Source: an uncultured Actinomycetes bacterium (GTDB lineage Bacteria > Actinomycetota > Actinomycetes > Nanopelagicales > Nanopelagicaceae). From it: a stretch of DNA of 36,618 nt. A program made the position numbers and the translations under genes. Location: the NCBI GenBank assembly GCA_903820565.1, contig CAIJHZ010000002.1, forward strand, positions 1 to 36,618. Direction: 5' to 3'. Shown one piece after another: positions 30,190 to 36,618 of this stretch. Within the stretch, counting starts at the first letter, position 1. Every line of letters begins with the position of its first letter. Under the pieces are notes generated by a model that saw only the letters and a list, made by a program, of their open reading frames with translations, ran no database searches and had not been told where the DNA came from.

Positions 30190-31668
30190 ATGTCAGCACT
30201 ACCAATCGCCGCTCCGCTAGAAATTAAAGCGGCATCATCGGCCAACTCAATTGCAGTGGGATTTGTAAAAAATCCTGATGGTTCATTTGAATGTGTTGGA
30301 TCACTTATTAAAGAGATTGAAAAATTCTTCGGCCTCAACCTTGTTGATGAGTTGACTTTTTTCGGACCAACGGCAAAAGCTGGTGAAATTTTCGAGATTC
30401 CGGTTAGTGCTCCTGATTCCCAAACTGACCGAATCTTTTTAGTTGCAATTGGCGATCAGAGTAGTTCAGCACTTCGTGCTGCTGGCGCTTCAGTTGGTCG
30501 CAAGGTACGCGGAAAGAATTTAAGCGTTTATTCAGCGTGCGCTGTAAAAGAAGTTAAAGCACATGCGATCTCTATGGCCCTTGGTGCATGGGCATGGAAT
30601 CTAAAGACAGATAAGAAAAAAGAAGTACCACAATTATTTATCGGAAGTAAAGATAAGAAAGTGATTGATGATGCAGCAGCAATTGCACAGGCAATTTGTC
30701 GCGCTCGCGATCTAGTCCACACTCCTGCAAATATCAAGACACCTGCTTGGATGGGAAAACAAGCAGAGCTATTTGCAAAAGGTACTGGCTTGAAAGTCAA
30801 AGTTTTCACAGGTACTGAATTGAAAGAGTTTGGTGGATTAAGAGCTGTTGGTGGTTCATCACCAAAGCCTGGCCCGCGCATGATTCAAGTCTCATACCTA
30901 CCTAAATCAAAGAAGAAGTCTATTAATGCATTGCCACACGTTGTATTAGTTGGCAAAGGTATTACTTTTGATACGGGCGGTATCTCATTAAAACGTCCCT
31001 ATGACACGATGATGGCGATGAAGAGCGACATGGCAGGATCGGCTGCAATTCTTGCAACGCTGACTGCTTTGGAGGAATTGCAACCTAATGTACGTGTAAC
31101 TGCTTTGATGATGATGGCTGAGAACGCTATCTCTGGCACCGCACAGCGCCCAAGTGATGTCATTAAACATTACGGCGGAACAACGGTCGAAGTTATTAAT
31201 ACTGATGCCGAGGGCCGCTTGGTTTTAGCAGACGGTCTTGCCTTTGCAGATTTAACCCTTGATCCAGATTATTTGATCGATATTGCAACATTGACTGGTG
31301 CCGCAACTCTTGGGTTAGGTCGTCAATATGCTGCGATGTATACCCGTGATAACTCTCTTGCAGCACAGTTATCAAAAGCTGGCGAAGCAAGTGGTGATCG
31401 CGTCTGGCACATGCCCCTTGTTGATGATTATAAGGATTCACTTAGTAGTGACATTGCAGATTTCAATCACAATGCCAGCAAAGGTAAGTACTCCGCAGGT
31501 TCTGTGACAGCAGCTTTGTTCCTTGAAAACTTTATAGGAACTCGACGTTGGGCGCATTTAGATATCGCCGGTACGGCACGCAGCGAAGTTGACGCTGGAG
31601 AGAATTCCAAAGGTGGAACAGGATTTGGCGTTCGTTTATTAACTGAATGGATCACCTCACTTTCATGA
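30190..31668 (+). CDS. pepA: Leucyl aminopeptidase (M17)
   Basis: GKGITFDTGG, MKSDMAG, NTDAEGRL, DIATLTGA, HLDIAG. Confidence 0.94.
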   Translation: MSALPIAAPLEIKAASSANSIAVGFVKNPDGSFECVGSLIKEIEKFFGLNLVDELTFFGPTAKAGEIFEIPVSAPDSQTDRIFLVAIGDQSSSALRAAGASVGRKVRGKNLSVYSACAVKEVKAHAISMALGAWAWNLKTDKKKEVPQLFIGSKDKKVIDDAAAIAQAICRARDLVHTPANIKTPAWMGKQAELFAKGTGLKVKVFTGTELKEFGGLRAVGGSSPKPGPRMIQVSYLPKSKKKSINALPHVVLVGKGITFDTGGISLKRPYDTMMAMKSDMAGSAAILATLTALEELQPNVRVTALMMMAENAISGTAQRPSDVIKHYGGTTVEVINTDAEGRLVLADGLAFADLTLDPDYLIDIATLTGAATLGLGRQYAAMYTRDNSLAAQLSKAGEASGDRVWHMPLVDDYKDSLSSDIADFNHNASKGKYSAGSVTAALFLENFIGTRRWAHLDIAGTARSEVDAGENSKGGTGFGVRLLTEWITSLS

Positions 31669-32291
31669 GAATAGATCCACACACTTTTGCAGAAGGATTT
31701 ATTCCTGAAGATTTCTTTAAATCTCAGGCTCGTGCGCGAGGTGTAGAACTAGGAACGACTGATACGACACCTGGCTCTGGCGCATTCCTTCGACATCTAG
31801 CATTTACCTTGAAGGCCCAATCTGTTGTTGAGGTTGGAACGGGATCAGGCGTTGGATCGTTGTGGTTGCTTGATGGAATGTTGGAAAGTGGAACACTTAC
31901 ATCAATTGATGATGAGATGGAACATACGCAAATAGCAAAATTAGCATTTTCGGATGCTGACATCACCCAAGGGCGATATCGCTTAATTACCAACACGGTC
32001 GTAGATGTCATCTCAAAGTTAACTGATCGTGCCTATGACTTAGTTGTACTGCGTCATAACCCTGAGGATCTCAGCTATGTAATCAGCGAGGCACACCGCA
32101 TTTTGCGAAGTGGTGGAGCGCTAGTAATTGATAATTACTATGGTGGAGGCAAAGTCAGCGATGCCACACAACGAGATCCAAAAACTGTGGCATTGCGTGA
32201 TGCTGGAAAAATCATTAAGAATGACTCTGAGCATTGGGTAAGTTCATTAATTCCAATAGGCGATGGCTTACTTGTAGCCACCAAGGTGTAA
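31665..32291 (+). CDS. SAM-dependent O-methyltransferase (Rv1220c-like)
   Basis: VEVGTGSGVG, LTSID, YDLV, LRSGG, PIGDGLL; ATGA overlap with pepA. Confidence 0.88.
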   Translation: MRIDPHTFAEGFIPEDFFKSQARARGVELGTTDTTPGSGAFLRHLAFTLKAQSVVEVGTGSGVGSLWLLDGMLESGTLTSIDDEMEHTQIAKLAFSDADITQGRYRLITNTVVDVISKLTDRAYDLVVLRHNPEDLSYVISEAHRILRSGGALVIDNYYGGGKVSDATQRDPKTVALRDAGKIIKNDSEHWVSSLIPIGDGLLVATKV

Positions 32292-32301
32292 AGAGACTGA
32301 C

Positions 32302-33426
32302 ATGATATTTCCACAAAAAAAGAATTCTACGGCTACAACTACTCCATGGTGGCAGGCACCAGCAGCTTCCAAAAGCGCAAAAGGTAATCTTTTTGTAGTC
32401 GCATTACTTGCTGGATCTCTCGGTGGTTTCTTAGGAGTTAATGCAGCTGGAGGTTCGCTCTTTCGCAACGCAAACCTGGTGACATCCACGAGCACAATCG
32501 AACGTGCTCCAGATTCAGTAGCAGGAATTGCACAAAGAGTATTGCCATCAGTAGTTTCAATTGACACCCGCACAATAAATGGTGGTGGAACCGGATCTGG
32601 TTTTATTATCGATAGCACTGGATACATCCTCACGAATAACCATGTGATCAGGGACGCTGTGCTTAATGGCGGAAAAATTCAAGTCTCTCTGAATGACGGG
32701 ACTGTATACACTGGAAAAGTAATTGGCCGTGATGCATCTTTTGATTTAGCGGTGCTAAAAATTGAAGCAACTGGCATAAAAGCGCTGCAATTTGGTAACA
32801 GCGACACAATTGCAGTAGGCGATGCTGTGATTGCAATTGGTTCACCACTTGGATTATCAGGCACTGTTACTACCGGAATTATTAGTGCGAAAGATCGCGC
32901 AGTAACTACAGGAGATTCAACCACAGAAAGTTCGTACATCAATGCCTTACAGACTGATGCTGCAATCAATCCAGGTAATTCAGGCGGACCATTAGTGGAT
33001 GCAACTGGTGCGGTAATTGGAATCAACTCAGCAATTGCTTCTCTTGGCACATCTTCTCAAGCTGGTTCCATTGGCTTAGGTTTTGCAATTCCAATTAATC
33101 AAGCACGTAAGATTGCAGATCAATTGATCAAGTATGGAGTTGCAACATATCCAGTTGTGGGAGTTTCGTTAGATGTAAATTACATGGGCGCTGGTGCCCA
33201 AATTTCTACAGCAGGTAAAGGTATTTTGCCAGGGAGCCCAGCGCAAAAGGCGGGCCTCAAGGGTGGCGATGTCATAATCGAGTTTGATGGTAAAAAGATT
33301 AATACTCCAGAAGAGTTAATTGTTTCGGTTCGCTCCAAAAATGTAGGGGATCGAGTATCTCTAGTGTTTATTCGTGATGGAGTAAAGAAATCAGTAACTC
33401 TCAATCTGATCGCGGCAAAGAAATAA
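32302..33426 (+). CDS. htrA: HtrA/DegP-like membrane-anchored serine protease with one PDZ domain
   Basis: TM helix; TNNHV, DLAVLK, QTDAAINPGNSGG; PDZ segment SPAQKAGLKGGDVI. Confidence 0.93.
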   Translation: MIFPQKKNSTATTTPWWQAPAASKSAKGNLFVVALLAGSLGGFLGVNAAGGSLFRNANLVTSTSTIERAPDSVAGIAQRVLPSVVSIDTRTINGGGTGSGFIIDSTGYILTNNHVIRDAVLNGGKIQVSLNDGTVYTGKVIGRDASFDLAVLKIEATGIKALQFGNSDTIAVGDAVIAIGSPLGLSGTVTTGIISAKDRAVTTGDSTTESSYINALQTDAAINPGNSGGPLVDATGAVIGINSAIASLGTSSQAGSIGLGFAIPINQARKIADQLIKYGVATYPVVGVSLDVNYMGAGAQISTAGKGILPGSPAQKAGLKGGDVIIEFDGKKINTPEELIVSVRSKNVGDRVSLVFIRDGVKKSVTLNLIAAKK

Positions 33427-33444
33427 TTGGCGTAGGCTAGCGAT

Positions 33445-33753
33445 ATGTTCTTTGACATCGGCGCAGGTGAAGTATTAGGGCTTGCGATTCTGGGCATGCT
33501 TTTAGTTGGCCCCGAGCGTTTGCCGAAGTTAGCCGTTGAAGCTGCTCAATGGATCAAGAAAATTCGTAACTTAGCTACAACCGCGACTGCCGAACTTCGC
33601 GAAAACTTAGGACCTGGCTTTGAAGATTTGCAGCCACAAGATTTAAATCCAAAGACTTTTTTAAGAAAGCAAGTTGCAGATTTATTGGATGAAGAAAAAC
33701 ACAAGCCAACAGTAAATCGTCCGGTGGCGATGATTGATCCAGATCTTCTATGA
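33445..33753 (+). CDS. tatB: Sec-independent translocase subunit TatB
   Basis: MFFDIGAGE, GPERLP, DLNPKTF; follows htrA; TAGGCT-6 nt-ATG. Confidence 0.92.
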   Translation: MFFDIGAGEVLGLAILGMLLVGPERLPKLAVEAAQWIKKIRNLATTATAELRENLGPGFEDLQPQDLNPKTFLRKQVADLLDEEKHKPTVNRPVAMIDPDLL

Positions 33754-34871
33754 ATTTAATTGACCAGATTGCTGATGCATTAAGTAAGGTCCAAGACCCC
33801 GAACTTCGTCATCCAATAACTGATTTAGGAATGGTCGAAGATTTACAAGAAAATGATGGTGCTGTAAGGGTCACTGTTTTACTGACAATCTCTGCTTGTC
33901 CGATGCAAGATCGATTGCGCAATGATGTTACAACTGCAATCACCTCTATTGAAGGGGTCACATCAGTAGATTTAAGTTTTGGAGTAATGACCGAAGAGCA
34001 GCGTAATAATGTAAAAAAAGTTGTTCGAGGGGGAAGAGAAAAGTTCATTCCTTTTGCTCAACCTGATTCACTAACTCGGGTTATCGGAATTGCTTCTGGA
34101 AAAGGCGGAGTTGGAAAATCTTCTGTCACTGCAAATCTCGCAGTTGCGGCTGCTAAAAAGGGTTTGAATGTTGGCATATTAGATGCCGATGTTTATGGTC
34201 ACTCAATTCCGCGATTAATGGGCCTGATGGGACAACGCCCGACAGCAATTGATCAAATGTTTATTCCCCTCGAGTCCTATGGCGTAAAGACTGTTTCAAT
34301 GGAGATGTTTAAACCCGAACGATCAGATCCTGTTGCCTATCGTGGACCGTTGTTGCACCGCGTGCTTGAGCAGCTACTTTCTGATGCGTATTGGGGCGAT
34401 CTCGACCTCTTATTGATTGATCTCCCACCCGGAACGGGCGATTTAGCTATTTCACTTGGCCAGTTAATTCCGAACTCTGAAATTGTCGTTGTTACAACCC
34501 CACAAATTGCAGCAGCCGAAGTTGCAGAGCGCGCGGGACGAATTGCTCATCAAATCCATCAGCATGTAATCGGTGTAATTGAAAATATGTCGCAGTTTCC
34601 GTGTCCAGCATGTGGTGAACCAATGTCACTATTTGGTGAAGGCGGGGGAGAAGAAACATCTCGTCGCCTATCCCAATTGGTTGGTAGCGATGTTCCATTG
34701 CTTGGAAAAATTCCATTTAGTCCAGCATTGCGAACCGGTGGAGACGAAGGGGCGCCTGTAGTAGAAGCAGATCCAACTTCAGTAGCTGCTCTTGCGATTT
34801 TAGAGATAGCAGAAAAGATTGTGAAGCGAAATAAATCTTTACTCGGAGTCCGATTGGGAATCTCGACGTAG
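33750..34871 (+). CDS. mrp: Mrp/NBP35 Fe-S cluster carrier ATPase with N-terminal DUF59-like domain
   Basis: DPEL..LGMV, CP, SGKGGVGKS, DADVYG, DLPPGTGD, ENMS..CPAC. Confidence 0.95.
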   Translation: MNLIDQIADALSKVQDPELRHPITDLGMVEDLQENDGAVRVTVLLTISACPMQDRLRNDVTTAITSIEGVTSVDLSFGVMTEEQRNNVKKVVRGGREKFIPFAQPDSLTRVIGIASGKGGVGKSSVTANLAVAAAKKGLNVGILDADVYGHSIPRLMGLMGQRPTAIDQMFIPLESYGVKTVSMEMFKPERSDPVAYRGPLLHRVLEQLLSDAYWGDLDLLLIDLPPGTGDLAISLGQLIPNSEIVVVTTPQIAAAEVAERAGRIAHQIHQHVIGVIENMSQFPCPACGEPMSLFGEGGGEETSRRLSQLVGSDVPLLGKIPFSPALRTGGDEGAPVVEADPTSVAALAILEIAEKIVKRNKSLLGVRLGIST

Positions 34872-35336
34872 CTCTTTTGCAAGTTCCTCAACTAAGTCTG
34901 CAAGTTCGCTGCGAACAAAATCTCGGGTAGCAACTTCGCCTAGAGAATTACGTAAAGCCGCAAGTTCACGGGTTAGATACTCGGTATCTGCTATTGAACG
35001 TTCGTTCTGCTCGCGATCTTGATTGAGTTGAATTCGATCTCGATCTGCCTGGCGATTTTGTGCAAGAAGTATCAGTGGTGCCGCATACGATGCTTGCAAT
35101 GAGAGAATTAAAGTTAGAAAAATAAATGGGTAATCATCAAATCGAAGATCAACAGGAGCAATAAAGTTCCATAACACCCAAAACATTACGAAAAATGTCA
35201 TGTATACAAGGAAGCGCGCAGTTCCTAAGAAACGTGCAAAACGTTCTGACAAGCGACCAAAAGCTTCTGGATCGAAATTAGGGCGGAGCGAACGTCGAGT
35301 CTCGCGTGGTGTGTCTAAACCATTAGTGCGTGCCAT
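34839..35336 (-). CDS. DUF1003 membrane protein
   Basis: ARFLGT, FDDYPFIFLTLILSLQASYAAPLILLAQNRQ; strong SD AAGGAGG upstream. Confidence 0.92.
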   Translation of the reverse strand: MARTNGLDTPRETRRSLRPNFDPEAFGRLSERFARFLGTARFLVYMTFFVMFWVLWNFIAPVDLRFDDYPFIFLTLILSLQASYAAPLILLAQNRQADRDRIQLNQDREQNERSIADTEYLTRELAALRNSLGEVATRDFVRSELADLVEELAKELRRDSQSDSE

Positions 35337-35348
35337 CTCTTGACCTCC

Positions 35349-36618
35349 TTACAGTGTTTCTGACTTAAAAGTTACTGGTGATTTTTCTCGATGATCATGT
35401 CGCCAATTTGCAGGCAGCAAGTGGTCCAGGACGTCATCAACTGTGACCGCTCCTAATAAACGCTCGTTTGCATCCACTACAGGCAGAGAAAGCATGTTGT
35501 AACTAGCTAAATACGATGAAACCTCGTGCAATGAAGAATCAGGATTTACACCTTTTGAATCGCTATCAACGATCGAGCCCAACAATGTTGCAGGTGGTTC
35601 GCGTAATAAACGCTGATAATGAACAACACCAATGAAGCGACCGGTTGGAGTTTCAACTGGCTGACGACAGATATAAATTTGTGAAGCAAGAGCTGGAGAA
35701 ATCTCTTTTTGACGAACTGCAGCTAACGCATCGGCAACCGTAGAATCTGCGGTCAATACAATTGGTTCAGTTGTCATCATTCCGCCAGCCGAATAATCTT
35801 CATAATTCATAAGACGCAGAACATCTTCAGCATCTTCAGGCTCCATTAATTCTAAAAGTGCATTGGCACGCTCTTCACCAATTTCTCGAAGCAAATCAGC
35901 AGCATCATCTGGATCCATTTCACCCAATACATCTGCAGCGCGCTCACCTTCAAGTTCGGCTAATAATGCAACCCGATCTGTCTCATCCATTTCTTCAAGC
36001 ACATCGGCAAGACGCTCATCATCAAGTGCGATTGCAACTTCAATACGACGCTTAGGCGCTAGGTCTTGCAAAACTGCAGCAAGGTCGGCGGCACGTAGAT
36101 TGGCAAGAGTAGACATCAAATTTGCAACACCTTGATTTTGTTCGGTCGTAGCAAAACCAGTGACTTCTTCCCAGGCAACTGTCGATGTTGCACCTTTTCT
36201 GCGCAAGCCTCGACCTCGACGCATGATGTGAACACGATTAATAAACCAATCACCAGTCCGGGTTTCTTCCATTCCCATGTCTTCAACTACAACAGCTTCT
36301 CCAGATTCAATTAATGTAATTGAACGATCTAGCATTTCACCAAGAACTAGAACCTCACCGGGGCGTGTATCGAATCGGCGCATGTTTAGTAAACCAGTTA
36401 TTACAACTGCTCCACTTTCAATAGAAGTTACGCGAGTGATTGGAACAAAGACGCGTCGACGCAATGGAACTTCAACAACCAAACCAAGAATTCGTGGTGG
36501 CTGATTTGTTGAACGAAGGGTCGCGACAGCATCTCGCACCTTTCCTACTGGATCACCATTTGGGTCAAAGACCGCGGTACCTGCAAGACGGGCAAGAAAT
36601 ACTCGGTTTAGGAGATTG
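35349..36618 (-). CDS. MgtE N-terminal domain + CBS-pair protein (Rv1232c-like), 5'-partial
   Basis: Frame is open to the window edge (NLLNRVFLARLAGTAVFDPNGDPVGKVRDAV...); acidic ADVL/DDAADLL repeats, SAGGMMT, LPVVD..LLGAVTVDDV; no TM pore. Confidence 0.9.
   Translation of the reverse strand, partial: NLLNRVFLARLAGTAVFDPNGDPVGKVRDAVATLRSTNQPPRILGLVVEVPLRRRVFVPITRVTSIESGAVVITGLLNMRRFDTRPGEVLVLGEMLDRSITLIESGEAVVVEDMGMEETRTGDWFINRVHIMRRGRGLRRKGATSTVAWEEVTGFATTEQNQGVANLMSTLANLRAADLAAVLQDLAPKRRIEVAIALDDERLADVLEEMDETDRVALLAELEGERAADVLGEMDPDDAADLLREIGEERANALLELMEPEDAEDVLRLMNYEDYSAGGMMTTEPIVLTADSTVADALAAVRQKEISPALASQIYICRQPVETPTGRFIGVVHYQRLLREPPATLLGSIVDSDSKGVNPDSSLHEVSSYLASYNMLSLPVVDANERLLGAVTVDDVLDHLLPANWRHDHREKSPVTFKSETL

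Noticed and set aside
35880-36100. Repetitive acidic ADVL/ADLL segments as a DNA repeat
   Set aside because: Normal helical repeats of the MgtE N-domain; no nucleotide-level tandem repeat seen
1-36618. CRISPR arrays, tRNA/rRNA, IS elements, prophage or defence genes
   Set aside because: Coding genes tile almost the whole window (largest gap 94 nt); no repeat-spacer pattern, transposase, integrase or nuclease motifs seen

Overview
A gene-dense core-genome segment from a streamlined, low-GC (mid-40s % by eye) actinobacterium. Gene order, protein style and tiny or negative intergenic distances resemble freshwater acI lineages (Ca. Nanopelagicales/Planktophila-like); this is inference, not a database result. 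Contents in order: (1) a nucleoside uptake/catabolism cluster (ABC ATPase + 2 permeases, cdd, deoA, add, a coupled cytochrome P450, a divergent PfkB kinase/nucleoside hydrolase pair, a two-gene ALDH16-like dehydrogenase, deoC, phosphosugar mutase); (2) acyl-CoA carboxylase genes, maf, birA, purKE; (3) a cell-wall glycopolymer block (ugd, LCP, GT2, Wzm/Wzt-like ABC, SpoIID/LytB); (4) dapD, LOG, SRPBCC, a stand-alone sigma-region-4 mini-protein, DUF3117 (missed by the ORF track), pepA, O-methyltransferase, htrA, tatB, mrp, DUF1003 and a partial MgtE-N/CBS gene. I saw no mobile elements, RNA genes or CRISPR. Most interesting: a candidate modified-nucleoside/sugar salvage module (P450 lacking the I-helix Thr, hydrolase with His->Gly, DeoK-like kinase), the sigma4-only gene with a downstream palindrome at a locus lacking sigE-rseA, and two identically spaced 18-bp bidirectional leaderless promoters within a pervasive TANNNT-N6/7-start pattern.
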